Source of the DNA: Nemertoderma westbladi
Lineage: Eukaryota; Animalia; Xenacoelomorpha
DNA: 64,000 nt
Assembly: GCA_032718475.1 (NCBI GenBank)
Contig: JAUCBJ010000742.1
Coordinates: 62,001-126,000, forward strand
Direction: 5' to 3'
Under the pieces are notes generated by a model that was not told the DNA's origin, ran no database searches, and was given only the letters and a program-made list of their open reading frames with translations. The position numbers were made by a program, and so were the translations under genes. Below are positions 1 through 16,552 of the stretch, piece by piece (the stretch's first letter is position 1; each line of letters begins with the position of its first letter).

Positions 1-3000
1 AGATATTGGTAAACTACAACCCAGGACAGGTGAGATATTGCGAAAATACAACCAGGACAGGTGAGATATTGCGAAAATACAACCAGGACAGGTGAGATAT
101 TGCGAAAATACAACCAGGACAGGTGAGATATTGCGAAAATACAACCAGGACAGGTGAGATATTGGGAAACTACAACCCAAGACAGGTGAGATATTGGTAA
201 ACTACAACCCAGGACAGGTGAGATATTGGTAAACTACAACCCAAGACAGGTGAGATATTGGTAAACTACAACCCAAGACAGGTGAGATATTGGTAAACTA
301 CAACCCAGGACAGGTGAGATATTGGTAAACTACAACCCAGGACAGGTGAGATATTGCGAAAATACAACCAGGACAGGTGAGATATTGCGAAAATACAACC
401 AGGACAGGTGAGATATTGCGAAAATACAACCAGGACAGGTGAGATATTGGGAAACTACAACCCAGGACAGGTGAGATATTGCGAAAATACAACCAGGACA
501 GGTGAGATATTGCGAAAATACAACCAGGACAGGTGAGATATTGCGAAAATACAACCAGGACAGGTGAGATATTGCGAAAATACAACCAGGACAGGTGAGA
601 TATTGCGAAAATACAACCAGGACAGGTGAGATATTGGGAAAATACAACCAGGACAGGTGAGATATTGGTAAACTACAACCCAAGACAGGTGAGATATTGG
701 TAAACTACAACCCAGGACAGGTGAGATATTGGTAAACTACAACCCAGGACAGGTGAGATATTGCGAAAATACAACCCAGGACAGGTGAGATATTGCGAAA
801 ATACAACCTAGGACAGGTGAGATATTGCGAAAATACAACCAGGACAGGTGAGATATTGCGAAAATACAACCAGGACAGGTGAGATATTGCGAAAATACAA
901 CCAGGACAGGTGAGATATTGGGAAACTACAACCCAGGGCAGGTGAGATATTGGTAAACTACAACCCAAGACAGGTGAGATATTGGTAAACTACAACCCAG
1001 GACAGGTGAGATATTGGTAAACTACAACCCAGGACAGGTGAGATATTGCGAAAATACAACCAGGACAGGTGAGATATTGCGAAAATACAACCAGGACAGG
1101 TGAGATATTGCGAAAATACAACCAGGACAGGTGAGATATTGCGAAAATACAACCAGGACAGGTGAGATATTGCGAAAATACAACCAGGACAGGTGAGATA
1201 TTGGGAAACTACAACCCAGGACAGGTGAGATATTGGTAAACTACAACCCAAGACAGGTGAGATATTGGTAAACTACAACCCAGGACAGGTGAGATATTGG
1301 TAAACTACAACCCAGGACAGGTGAGATATTGGTAAACTACAACCCAGGACAGGTGAGATATTGCGAAAATACAACCTAGGACAGGTGAGATATTGCGAAA
1401 ATACAACCAGGACAGGTGAGATATTGCGAAAATACAACCAGGACAGGTGAGATATTGCGAAAATACAACCAGGACAGGTGAGATATTGGGAAACTACAAC
1501 CCAAGACAGGTGAGATATTGGTAAACTACAACCCAGGACAGGTGAGATATTGGTAAACTACAACCCAGGACAGGTGAGATATTGGTAAACTACAACCCAG
1601 GACAGGTGAGATATTGCGAAAATACAACCTAGGACAGGTGAGATATTGCGAAAATACAACCAGGACAGGTGAGATATTGCGAAAATACAACCAGGACAGG
1701 TGAGATATTGCGAAAATACAACCCAGGACAGGTGAGATATTGGTAAACTACAACCCAGGACAGGTGAGATATTGCGAAAATACAACCCAGGACAGGTGAG
1801 ATATTGCGAAAATACAACCAGGACAGGTGAGATATTGCGAAAATACAACCAGGACAGGTGAGATATTGCGAAAATACAACCAGGACAGGTGAGATATTGG
1901 GAAACTACAACCCAAGACAGGTGAGATATTGGTAAACTACAACCCAGGACAGGTGAGATATTGGTAAACTACAACCCAGGACAGGTGAGATATTGGTAAA
2001 CTACAACCCAGGACAGGTGAGATATTGCGAAAATACAACCTAGGACAGGTGAGATATTGCGAAAATACAACCAGGACAGGTGAGATATTGGTAAACTACA
2101 ACCCAGGACAGGTGAGATATTGGTAAACTACAACCCAGGACAGGTGAGATATTGCGAAAATACAACCAGGACAGGTGAGATATTGCGAAAATACAACCAG
2201 GACAGGTGAGATATTGGGAAACTACAACCCAAGACAGGTGAGATATTGGTAAACTACAACCCAGGACAGGTGAGATATTGGTAAACTACAACCCAGGACA
2301 GGTGAGATATTGCGAAAATACAACCTAGGACAGGTGAGATATTGCGAAAATACAACCAGGACAGGTGAGATATTGGGAAACTACAACCCAGGACAGGTGA
2401 GATATTGGTAAACTACAACCCAGGGCAGGTGAGATATTGGTAAACTACAAACCAGGACAGGTGAGATATTGGTAAACTACAACCCAGGATAGGTGAGATA
2501 TTGGTAAACTACAACCCAGGACAGGTGAGATATTGGTAAACTACAACCCAGGACAGGTGAGATATTGCGAAAATACAACCAGGACAGGTGAGATATTGGG
2601 AAACTACAACCCAGGACAGGTGAGATATTGCGAAAATACAACCTAGGACAGGTGAGATATTGCGAAAATACAACCAGGACAGGTGAGATATTGGTAAACT
2701 ACAACCCAGGACAGGTGAGATATTGCGAAAATACAACCTAGGACAGGTGAGATATTGCGAAAATACAACCAGGACAGGTGAGATATTGGGAAACTACAAC
2801 CCAGGACAGGTGAGATATTGGTAAACTACAACCCAGGGCAGGTGAGATATTGGTAAACTACAAACCAGGACAGGTGAGATATTGGTAAACTACAACCCAG
2901 GATAGGTGAGATATTGGTAAACTACAACCCAGGACAGGTGAGATATTGGTAAACTACAACCCAGGACAGGTGAGATATTGCGAAAATACAACCAGGACAG

Positions 3001-6000
3001 GTGAGATATTGGTAAACTACAACCCGGGACAGGTGAGATATTGGTAAACTACAACCCAGGACAGGTGAGATATTGGTAAACTACAACCCAGGACAGGTGA
3101 GATATTGGTAAACTACAACCTAAGGACAGGTGAGATATTGCGAAAATACAACCCGGGACAGGTGAGATATTGCGAAAATACAACCCAGGACAGGTGAGAT
3201 ATTGGGAAACTACAACCCAGGACAGGTGAGATATTGGTAAACTACAACCCAGGACAGGTGAGATATTGGTAAACTACAACCCAGGGCAGGTGAGATATTG
3301 GTAAACTACAACCCAGGACAGGTGAGATATTGGTAAACTACAACCCAGGACAGGTGAGATATTGCGAAAATACAACCCAGGACAGGTGAGATATTGGTAA
3401 ACTACAACCCAGGACAGGTGAGATATTGGTAAACTACAACCCAGGACAGGTGAGATATTGGTAAACTACAACCCAGGACAGGTGAGATATTGGTAAACTA
3501 CAACCCGGGACAGGTGAGATATTGGTAAACTACAACCCAGGACAGGTGAGATATTGGTAAACTACAACCCAGGACAGGTGAGATATTGGGAAAATACAAC
3601 CAGGACAGGTGAGATATTGCGAAAATACAACCAGGACAGGTGAGATATTGGTAAACTACAACCCAGGACAGGTGAGATATTGGTAAACTACAACCCAGGG
3701 CAGGTGAGATATTGGTAAACTACAACCCAGGACAGGTGAGATATTGGGAAACTACAACCAGGACAGGTGAGATATTGCGAAAATACAACCCAGGACAGGT
3801 GAGATATTGGGAAACTACAACCCAGGGCAGGTGAGATATTGGTAAACTACAACCCAGGGCAGGTGAGATATTGCGAAAATACAACCAGGACAGGTGAGAT
3901 ATTGCGAAAATACAACCAGGACAGGTGAGATATTGGTAAACTACAACCAGGACAGGTGAGATATTGCGAAAATACAACCAGGACAGGTGAGATATTGGTA
4001 AACTACAACCAGGACAGGTGAGATATTGCGAAAATACAACCAGGACAGGTGAGATATTGGTAAACTACAACCCAGGGCAGGTGAGATATTGCGAAAATAC
4101 AACCAGGACAGGTGAGATATTGCGAAAATACAACCAGGACAGGTGAGATATTGGTAAACTACAACCAGGACAGGTGAGATATTGCGAAAATACAACCAGG
4201 ACAGGTGAGATATTGCGAAAATACAACCCAGGACAGGTGAGATATTGGTAAACTACAACCCAGGGCAGGTGAGATATTGGTAAACTACAACCCAGGGCAG
4301 GTGAGATATTGCGAAAATACAACCAGGACAGGTGAGATATTGGGAAACTACAACCAGGACAGGTGAGATATTGGTAAACTACAACCCAGGGCAGGTGAGA
4401 TATTGCGAAAATACAACCAGGACAGGTGAGATATTGGGAAACTACAACCAGGACAGGTGAGATATTGGTAAACTACAACCAGGACAGGTGAGATATTGGT
4501 AAACTACAACCCAGGACAGGTGAGATATTGGTAAACTACAACCCAGGACAGGTGAGATATTGGGAAAATACAACCCAGGACAGGTGAGATATTGGTAAAC
4601 TACAACCCAGGGCAGGTGAGATATTGGTAAACTACAACCCAGGGCAGGTGAGATATTGCGAAAATACAACCAGGACAGGTGAGATATTGGTAAACTACAA
4701 CCCAGGGCAGGTGAGATATTGGTAAACTACAACCCAGGGCAGGTGAGATATTGCGAAAATACAACCAGGACAGGTGAGATATTGCGAAAATACAACCAGG
4801 GCAGGTGAGATATTGGGAAAATACAACCAGGACAGGTGAGATATTGGTAAACTACAACCCAGGACAGGTGAGATATTGGTAAACTACAACCCAGGACAGG
4901 TGAGATATTGCGAAAATACAACCAGGACAGGTGAGATATTGGTAAACTACAACCCAGGGCAGGTGAGATATTGGTTAACTACAACCCAGGACAGGTGAGA
5001 TATTGGTAAACTACAACCCAGGACAGGTGAGATATTGGTAAACTACAACCCAGGACAGGTGAGATATTGGTAAACTACAACCCAGGACAGGTGAGATATT
5101 GGTAAACTACAACCCAGGACAGGTGAGATATTGGTAAACTACAACCAGGACAGGTGAGATATTGCGAAAATACAACCAGGACAGGTGAGATATTGGTAAA
5201 CTACAACCCAGGACAGGTGAGATATTGGTAAACTACAACCCAGGGCAGGTGAGATATTGGTAAACTACAACCCAGGACAGGTGAGATATTGGTAAACTAC
5301 AACCAGGACAGGTGAGATATTGCGAAAATACAACCCAGGACAGGTGAGATATTGCGAAAATACAACCAGGACAGGTGAGATATTGGGAAACTACAACCCA
5401 GGACAGGTGAGATATTGGTAAACTACAACCCAGGACAGGTGAGATATTGGTAAACTACAACCCAGGACAGGTGAGATATTGGTAAACTACAACCCAGGAC
5501 AGGTGAGATATTGGTAAACTACAACCAGGACAGGTGAGATATTGCGAAAATACAACCAGGACAGGTGAGATATTGGTAAACTACAACCCAGGACAGGTGA
5601 GATATTGGTAAACTACAACCCAGGGCAGGTGAGATATTGGTAAACTACAACCCAGGGCAGGTGAGATATTGGTAAACTACAACCCAGGACAGGTGAGATA
5701 TTGCGAAAATACAACCTAGGACAGGTGAGATATTGCGAAAATACAACCAGGACAGGTGAGATATTGGTAAACTACAACCCAGGACAGGTGAGATATTGGT
5801 AAACTACAACCCAGGGCAGGTGAGATATTGGTAAACTACAACCCAGGGCAGGTGAGATATTGGTAAACTACAACCCAGGTCAGGTGAGATATTGGTAAAC
5901 TACAACCCAGGACAGGTGAGATATTGGTAAACTACAACCCAGGACAGGTGAGATATTGGTAAACTACAACCCAGGACAGGTGAGATATTGGGAAAATACA

Positions 6001-6289
6001 ACCCAGGACAGGTGAGATATTGCGAAAATACAACCCAGGACAGGTGAGATATTGGTAAACTACAACCCAGGACAGGTGAGATATTGGGAAAATACAACCC
6101 AGGACAGGTGAGATATTGCGAAAATACAACCCAGGACAGGTGAGATATTGCGAAAATACAACCAGGACAGGTGAGATATTGGTAAACTACAACCCAGGAC
6201 AGGTGAGATATTGGTAAACTACAACCCAGGACAGGTGAGATATTGGGAAAATACAACCCAGGACAGGTGAGATATTGCGAAAATACAAC

Positions 6290-9200
6290 CAGGACAGGTG
6301 AGATATTGGTAAACTACAACCCAGGACAGGTGAGATATTGGTAAACTACAACCCAGGACAGGTGAGATATTGCGAAAATACAACCCAGGACAGGTGAGAT
6401 ATTGCGAAAATACAACCAGGACAGGTGAGATATTGGTAAACTACAACCCAGGACAGGTGAGATATTGGTAAACTACAACCCAGGACAGGTGAGATATTGG
6501 TAAACTACAACCCAGGGCAGGTGAGATATTGGTAAACTACAACCCAGGACAGGTGAGATATTGCGAAAATACAACCAGGACAGGTGAGATATTGCGAAAA
6601 TACAACCAGGACAGGTGAGATATTGGTAAACTACAACCCAGGGCAGGTGAGATATTGCGAAAATACAACCCAGGACAGGTGAGATATTGCGAAAATACAA
6701 CCAGGGCAGGTGAGATATTGCGAAAATACAACCAGGACAGGTGAGATATTGCGAAAATACAACCAGGACAGGTGAGATATTGGTAAACTACAACCCAGGG
6801 CAGGTGAGATATTGCGAAAATACAACCCAGGACAGGTGAGATATTGCGAAAATACAACCAGGGCAGGTGAGATATTGGTAAACTACAACCAGGACAGGTG
6901 AGATATTGCGAAAATACAACCAGGACAGGTGAGATATTGGTAAACTACAACCCAGGGCAGGTGAGATATTGCGAAAATACAACCAGGACAGGTGAGATAT
7001 TGCGAAAATACAACCCAGGACAGGTGAGATATTGGTAAACTACAACCCAGGACAGGTGAGATATTGCGAAAATACAACCTAGGACAGGTGAGATATTGCG
7101 AAAATACAACCAGGACAGGTGAGATATTGCGAAAATACAACCAGGACAGGTGAGATATTGGTAAACTACAACCCAGGGCAGGTGAGATATTGGTAAACTA
7201 CAACCCAGGGCAGGTGAGATATTGGTAAACTACAACCCAGGACAGGTGAGATATTGCGAAAATACAACCTAGGACAGGTGAGATATTGCGAAAATACAAC
7301 CAGGACAGGTGAGATATTGGTAAACTACAACCCAGGGCAGGTGAGATATTGGTAAACTACAACCCAGGGCAGGTGAGATATTGGTAAACTACAACCCAGG
7401 ACAGGTGAGATATTGCGAAAATACAACCTAGGACAGGTGAGATATTGCGAAAATACAACCAGGACAGGTGAGATATTGGTAAACTACAACCCAGGACAGG
7501 TGAGATATTGGTAAACTACAACCCAGGGCAGGTGAGATATTGGTAAACTACAACCCAGGGCAGGTGAGATATTGGTAAACTACAACCCAGGACAGGTGAG
7601 ATATTGCGAAAATACAACCCAGGACAGGTGAGATATTGGTAAACTACAACCCAGGACAGGTGAGATATTGGTAAACTACAACCCAGGACAGGTGAGATAT
7701 TGGTAAACTACAACCCAGGGCAGGTGAGATATTGGTAAACTACAACCCAGGACAGGTGAGATATTGGTAAACTACAACCCAGGGCAGGTGAGATATTGGT
7801 AAACTACAACCCAGGGCAGGTGAGATATTGGTAAACTACAACCCAGGACAGGTGAGATATTGGTAAACTACAACCCAGGGCAGGTGAGATATTGGTAAAC
7901 TACAACCCAGGACAGGTGAGATATTGGTAAACTACAACCCAGGGCAGGTGAGATATTGGTAAACTACAACCCAGGACAGGTGAGATATTGGTAAACTACA
8001 ACCCAGGGCAGGTGAGATATTGGTAAACTACAACCCAGGGCAGGTGAGATATTGGTAAACTACAACCCAGGACAGGTGAGATATTGGTAAACTACAACCC
8101 AGGGCAGGTGAGATATTGGTAAACTACAACCCAGGACAGGTGAGATATTGGTAAACTACAACCCAGGACAGGTGAGATATTGCGAAAATACAACCCAGGA
8201 CAGGTGAGATATTGGTAAACTACAACCCAGGACAGGTGAGATATTGGTAAACTACAACCCAGGACAGGTGAGATATTGGTAAACTACAACCCAGGGCAGG
8301 TGAGATATTGGTAAACTACAACCCAGGACAGGTGAGATATTGGTAAACTACAACCCAGGGCAGGTGAGATATTGGTAAACTACAACCCAGGACAGGTGAG
8401 ATATTGGTAAACTACAACCCAGGACAGGTGAGATATTGGTAAACTACAACCCAGGACAGGTGAGATATTGGTAAACTACAACCCAGGACAGGTGAGATAT
8501 TGGTAAACTACAACCCAGGGCAGGTGAGATATTGGTAAACTACAACCTAGGACAGGTGAGATATTGCGAAAATACAACCAGGACAGGTGAGATATTGGTA
8601 AACTACAACCCAGGATAGGTGAGATATTGGTAAACTACAACCCAGGACAGGTGAGATATTGCGAAAATACAACCAGGACAGGTGAGATATTGGTAAACTA
8701 CAACCCGGGGCAGGTGAGATATTGGTAAACTACAACCCAGGACAGGTGAGATATTGGTAAACTACAACCCAGGTCAGGTGAGATATTGGTAAACTACAAC
8801 CCAGGACAGGTGAGATATTGGTAAACTACAACCCAGGTCAGGTGAGATATTGGTAAACTACAACCCAGGATAGGTGAGATATTGGTAAACTACAACCCAG
8901 GACAGGTGAGATATTGCGAAAATACAACCAGGACAGGTGAGATATTGGTAAACTACAACCCAGGACAGGTGAGATATTGGGAAATTACAACCTAAGGACA
9001 GGTGAGATATTGGTAAACTACAACCCAGGACAGGTAAGATATTGGTAAACTACAACCCAGGATAGGTGAGATATTGGTAAACTACAACCCAGGACAGGTG
9101 AGATATTGCGAAAATACAACCAGGACAGGTGAGATATTGGTAAACTACAACCCAGGATAGGTGAGATATTGGTAAACTACAACCCAGGACAGGTGAGATA

Positions 9201-12200
9201 TTGCGAAAATACAACCAGGACAGGTGAGATATTGGTAAACTACAACCCAGGACAGGTGAGATATTGGTAAAATACAACCAGGACAGGTGAGATATTGGTA
9301 AACTACAACCCAGGACAGGTGAGATATTGGTAAACTACAACCCAGGACAGGTGAGATATTGGTAAACTACAACCCAGGACAGGTGAGATATTGGTAAACT
9401 ACAACCCAGGACAGGTGAGATATTGGGAAATTACAACCTAAGGACAGGTGAGATATTGGTAAACTACAACCCAGGACAGGTAAGATATTGGTAAACTACA
9501 ACCCAGGACAGGTGAGATATTGGTAAACTACAACCCAGGACAGGTGAGATATTGGTAAACTACAACCCAGGACAGGTGAGATATTGGTAAACTACAACCC
9601 AGGACAGGTGAGATATTGGTAAACTACAACCCAGGACAGGTGAGATATTGGTAAACTACAACCCAGGACAGGTGAGATATTGGTAAACTACAACCCAGGA
9701 TAGGTGAGATATTGCGAAAATACAACCCAGGACAGGTGAGATATTGGTAAACTACAACCCAGGGCAGGTGAGATATTGGTAAACTACAACCCAGGACAGG
9801 TGAGATATTGGTAAACTACAACCCAGGATAGGTGAGATATTGCGAAAATACAACCCAGGACAGGTGAGATATTGGTAAACTACAACCCAGGACAGGTGAG
9901 ATATTGGTAAACTACAACCCAGGATAGGTGAGATATTGCGAAAATACAACCCAAGACAGATGAGATATTGCGAAAATACAACCCAGGACAGGTGAGATAT
10001 TGGTAAACTACAACCCAGGACAGGTGAGATATTGGTAAACTACAACCCAGGATAGGTGAGATATTGCGAAAATACAACCCAGGACAGGTGAGATATTGGT
10101 AAACTACAACCCAGGGCAGGTGAGATATTGGTAAACTACAACCCAGGGCAGGTGAGATATTGGTAAACTACAACCCAGGACAGGTGAGATATTGGGAAAC
10201 TACAACCCAGGACAGGTGAGATATTGGTAAACTACAACCCAGGGCAGGTGAGATATTGGGAAACTACAACCCAGGACAGGTGAGATATTGGTAAACTACA
10301 ACCCAGGGCAGGTGAGATATTGGTAAACTACAACCCAGGGCAGGTGAGATATTGGGAAACTACAACCCAGGACAGGTGAGATATTGGTAAACTACAACCC
10401 AGGGCAGGTGAGATATTGGGAAACTACAACCCAGGACAGGTGAGATATTGGTAAACTACAACCCAGGGCAGGTGAGATATTGCGAAAATACAACCAGGAC
10501 AGGTGAGATATTGGTAAACTACAACCCAGGACAGGTGAGATATTGGTAAACTACAACCCAGGACAGGTGAGATATTGGTAAACTACAACCCAGGACAGGT
10601 GAGATATTGGTAAACTACAACCCAGGACAGGTGAGATATTGGTAAACTACAACCCAGGACAGGTGAGATATTGCGAAAATACAACCAGGACAGGTGAGAT
10701 ATTGGTAAACTACAACCCAGGACAGGTGAGATATTGGTAAACTACAACCCAGGACAGGTGAGATATTGGTAAACTACAACCCAGGACAGGTGAGATATTG
10801 CGAAAATACAACCAGGACAGGTGAGATATTGGTAAACTACAACCCAGGACAGGTGAGATATTGGTAAACTACAACCCAGGACAGGTGAGATATTGGTAAA
10901 CTACAACCCAGGGCAGGTGAGATATTGGGAAACTACAACCCAGGACAGGTGAGATATTGGTAAACTACAACCCAGGACAGGTGAGATATTGCGAAAATAC
11001 AACCAGGACAGGTGAGATATTGGTAAACTACAACCCAGGACAGGTGAGATATTGGTAAACTACAACCCAGGACAGGTGAGATATTGGTAAACTACAACCC
11101 AGGACAGGTGAGATATTGCGAAAATACAACCAGGACAGGTGAGATATTGGTAAACTACAACCCAGGGCAGGTGAGATATTGGTAAACTACAACCCAGGAC
11201 AGGTGAGATATTGGTAAACTACAACCCAGGACAGGTGAGATATTGGTAAACTACAACCCAGGACAGGTGAGATATTGCGAAAATACAACCAGGACAGGTG
11301 AGATATTGGGAAACTACAACCCAGGACAGGTGAGATATTGGTAAACTACAACCCAGGGCAGGTGAGATATTGCGAAAATACAACCAGGACAGGTGAGATA
11401 TTGGGAAACTACAACCCAGGACAGGTGAGATATTGGTAAACTACAACCCAGGGCAGGTGAGATATTGCGAAAATACAACCAGGACAGGTGAGATATTGGT
11501 AAACTACAACCCAGGACAGGTGAGATATTGGTAAACTACAACCCAGGACAGGTGAGATATTGGTAAACTACAACCCAGGACAGGTGAGATATTGGTAAAC
11601 TACAACCCAGGACAGGTGAGATATTGGTAAACTACAACCCAGGACAGGTGAGATATTGCGAAAATACAACCAGGACAGGTGAGATATTGGTAAACTACAA
11701 CCCAGGACAGGTGAGATATTGGTAAACTACAACCCAGGACAGGTGAGATATTGGTAAACTACAACCCAGGACAGGTGAGATATTGCGAAAATACAACCAG
11801 GACAGGTGAGATATTGGTAAACTACAACCCAGGACAGGTGAGATATTGGTAAACTACAACCCAGGACAGGTGAGATATTGGTAAACTACAACCCAGGGCA
11901 GGTGAGATATTGGGAAACTACAACCCAGGACAGGTGAGATATTGGTAAACTACAACCCAGGACAGGTGAGATATTGCGAAAATACAACCAGGACAGGTGA
12001 GATATTGGTAAACTACAACCCAGGACAGGTGAGATATTGGTAAACTACAACCCAGGACAGGTGAGATATTGGTAAACTACAACCCAGGACAGGTGAGATA
12101 TTGCGAAAATACAACCAGGACAGGTGAGATATTGGTAAACTACAACCCAGGGCAGGTGAGATATTGGTAAACTACAACCCAGGACAGGTGAGATATTGGT

Positions 12201-15200
12201 AAACTACAACCCAGGACAGGTGAGATATTGGTAAACTACAACCCAGGACAGGTGAGATATTGCGAAAATACAACCAGGACAGGTGAGATATTGGGAAAAT
12301 ACAACCCAGGACAGGTGAGATATTGGTAAACTACAACCCAGGACAGGTGAGATATTGCGAAAATACAACCAGGACAGGTGAGATATTGGTAAACTACAAC
12401 CCAGGACAGGTGAGATATTGGTAAACTACAACCCAGGGCAGGTGAGATATTGGGAAAATACAACCAGGACAGGTGAGATATTGGTAAACTACAACCCAGG
12501 ACAGGTGAGATATTGGGAAACTACAACCCAGGGCAGGTGAGATATTGGTAAACTACAACCCAGGACAGGTGAGATATTGCGAAAATACAACCAGGACAGG
12601 TGAGATATTGGTAAACTACAACCCAGGACAGGTGAGATATTGGTAAACTACAACCCAGGACAGGTGAGATATTGGGAAACTACAACCCAGGGCAGGTGAG
12701 ATATTGGTAAACTACAACCCAGGACAGGTGAGATATTGGTAAACTACAACCCAGGACAGGTGAGATATTGGTAAACTACAACCCAGGACAGGTGAGATAT
12801 TGGTAAACTACAACCCAGGACAGGTGAGATATTGCGAAAATACAACCAGGACAGGTGAGATATTGGTAAACTACAACCCAGGGCAGGTGAGATATTGGTA
12901 AACTACAACCCAGGACAGGTGAGATATTGGTAAACTACAACCCAGGACAGGTGAGATATTGCGAAAATACAACCAGGACAGGTGAGATATTGGTAAACTA
13001 CAACCCAGGACAGGTGAGATATTGGTAAACTACAACCCAGGACAGGTGAGATATTGGTAAACTACAACCCAGGACAGGTGAGATATTGGGAAACTACAAC
13101 CCAGGGCAGGTGAGATATTGGTAAACTACAACCCAGGACAGGTGAGATATTGGTAAACTACAACCCAGGACAGGTGAGATATTGCGAAAATACAACCAGG
13201 ACAGGTGAGATATTGCGAAAATACAACCAGGACAGGTGAGATATTGCGAAAATACAACCAGGACAGGTGAGATATTGGTAAACTACAACCCAGGGCAGGT
13301 GAGATATTGGGAAACTACAACCCAGGACAGGTGAGATATTGGTAAACTACAACCAGGACAGGTGAGATATTGGTAAACTACAACCCAGGAGAGGTGAGAT
13401 ATTGGTAAACTACAACCCAGGACAGGTGAGATATTGGTAAACTACAACCCAGGGCAGGTGAGATATTGCGAAAATACAACCCAGGACAGGTGAGATATTG
13501 GTAAACTACAACCCAGGACAGGTGAGATATTGGTAAACTACAAACCAGGACAGGTGAGATATTGCGAAAATACAACCAGGACAGGTGAGATATTGCGAAA
13601 ATACAACCAGGACAGGTGAGATATTGGTAAACTACAACCCAGGACAGGTGAGATATTGGTAAACTACAACCCAGGACAGGTGAGATATTGGTAAACTACA
13701 ACCCAGGACAGGTGAGATATTGCGAAAATACAACCAGGACAGGTGAGATATTGGTAAACTACAACCCAGGGCAGGTGAGATATTGGTAAACTACAACCCA
13801 GGAGAGGTGAGATATTGGTAAACTACAAACCAGGACAGGTGAGATATTGGTAAACTACAACCCAGGACAGGTGAGATATTGCGAAAATACAACCAGGACA
13901 GGTGAGATATTGCGAAAATACAACCAGGACAGGTGAGATATTGCGAAAATACAACCAGGACAGGTGAGATATTGGTAAACTACAACCCAGGGCAGGTGAG
14001 ATATTGGTAAACTACAACCCAGGGCAGGTGAGATATTGGTAAACTACAACCCAGGACAGGTGAGATATTGCGAAAATACAACCAGGACAGGTGAGATATT
14101 GGTAAACTACAACCCAGGGCAGGTGAGATATTGGGAAACTACAACCCAGGACAGGTGAGATATTGGTAAACTACAACCCAGGGCAGGTGAGATATTGGTA
14201 AACTACAACCCAGGAGAGGTGAGATATTGGTAAACTACAAACCAGGACAGGTGAGATATTGCGAAAATACAACCAGGACAGGTGAGATATTGCGAAAATA
14301 CAACCAGGACAGGTGAGATATTGGGAAAATACAACCAGGACAGGTGAGATATTGCGAAAATACAACCAGGGCAGGTGAGATATTGGGAAACTACAACCCA
14401 GGGCAGGTGAGATATTGGGAAACTACAACCTAGGGCAGGTGAGATATTGGTAAACTACAACCCAGGGCAGGTGAGATATTGGTAAACTACAACCCAGGAC
14501 AGGTGAGATATTGGTAAACTACAACCCAGGACAGGTGAGATATTGGGAAACTACAACCCAGGACAGGTGAGATATTGGGAAACTACAACCTAGGGCAGGT
14601 GAGATATTGGTAAACTACAACCCAGGGCAGGTGAGATATTGGTAAACTACAACCCAGGGCAGGTGAGATATTGGGAAACTACAACCCAGGACAGGTGAGA
14701 TATTGGTAAACTACAACCCAGGACAGGTGAGATATTGGGAAACTACAACCCAGGGCAGGTGAGATATTGGGAAACTACAACCCAGGGCAGGTGAGATATT
14801 GGTAAACTACAACCCAGGACAGGTGAGATATTGGGAAACTACAACCCAGGACAGGTGAGATATTGCGAAAATACAACCAGGGCAGGTGAGATATTGGGAA
14901 ACTACAACCCAGGGCAGGTGAGATATTGGGAAACTACAACCTAGGACAGGTGAGATATTGGTAAACTACAACCCAGGACAGGTGAGATATTGGGAAACTA
15001 CAACCCAGGGCAGGTGAGATATTGGGAAACTACAACCCAGGACAGGTGAGATATTGGGAAACTACAACCAGGACAGGTGAGATATTGGTAAACTACAACC
15101 CAGGACAGGTGAGATATTGCGAAAATACAACCAGGGCAGGTGAGATATTGGGAAACTACAACCCAGGGCAGGTGAGATATTGGGAAACTACAACCTAGGG

Positions 15201-16552
15201 CAGGTGAGATATTGGTAAACTACAACCCAGGGCAGGTGAGATATTGGTAAACTACAACCCAGGGCAGGTGAGATATTGCGAAAATACAACCAGGGCAGGT
15301 GAGATATTGGGAAACTACAACCAGGACAGGTGAGATATTGCGAAAATACAACCAGGGCAGGTGAGATATTGGTAAACTACAACCCAGGACAGGTGAGATA
15401 TTGCGAAAATACAACCAGGGCAGGTGAGATATTGGTAAACTACAACCCAGGGCAGGTGAGATATTGGGAAACTACAACCAGGACAGGTGAGATATTGGTA
15501 AACTACAACCCAGGACAGGTGAGATATTGCGAAAATACAACCAGGGCAGGTGAGATATTGGTAAACTACAACCCAGGGCAGGTGAGATATTGCGAAAATA
15601 CAACCAGGGCAGGTGAGATATTGGTAAACTACAACCCAGGACAGGTGAGATATTGGTAAACTACAACCCAGGACAGGTGAGATATTGGTAAACTACAACC
15701 CAAGACAGGTGAGATATTGCGAAAATACAACCAGGACAGGTGAGATATTGCGAAAATACAACCAGGACAGGTGAGATATTGCGAAAATACAACCAGGACA
15801 GGTGAGATATTGCGAAAATACAACCAGGACAGGTGAGATATTGGGAAACTACAACCCAAGACAGGTGAGATATTGGTAAACTACAACCCAGGACAGGTGA
15901 GATATTGGTAAACTACAACCCAAGACAGGTGAGATATTGGTAAACTACAACCCAAGACAGGTGAGATATTGGTAAACTACAACCCAGGACAGGTGAGATA
16001 TTGGTAAACTACAACCCAGGACAGGTGAGATATTGCGAAAATACAACCAGGACAGGTGAGATATTGCGAAAATACAACCAGGACAGGTGAGATATTGCGA
16101 AAATACAACCAGGACAGGTGAGATATTGCGAAAATACAACCAGGACAGGTGAGATATTGGGAAACTACAACCCAAGACAGGTGAGATATTGGTAAACTAC
16201 AACCCAGGACAGGTGAGATATTGGTAAACTACAACCCAAGACAGGTGAGATATTGGTAAACTACAACCCAAGACAGGTGAGATATTGGTAAACTACAACC
16301 CAGGACAGGTGAGATATTGGTAAACTACAACCCAGGACAGGTGAGATATTGCGAAAATACAACCAGGACAGGTGAGATATTGCGAAAATACAACCAGGAC
16401 AGGTGAGATATTGCGAAAATACAACCAGGACAGGTGAGATATTGCGAAAATACAACCAGGACAGGTGAGATATTGCGAAAATACAACCAGGACAGGTGAG
16501 ATATTGGGAAAATACAACCAGGACAGGTGAGATATTGGTAAACTACAACCCA
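6290..16552. repeat. Higher-order duplication copy A (~10.3 kb, matches 21672-31934 at offset 15382)
   Basis: Identical ORF-track entries recur at a constant offset of 15382 (6473/21855, 9050/24432, 12236/27618, 15220/30602, 16261/31643). The rare variant CCAAGACAGATGAG occurs at 9960 and 25342. Confidence 0.93.
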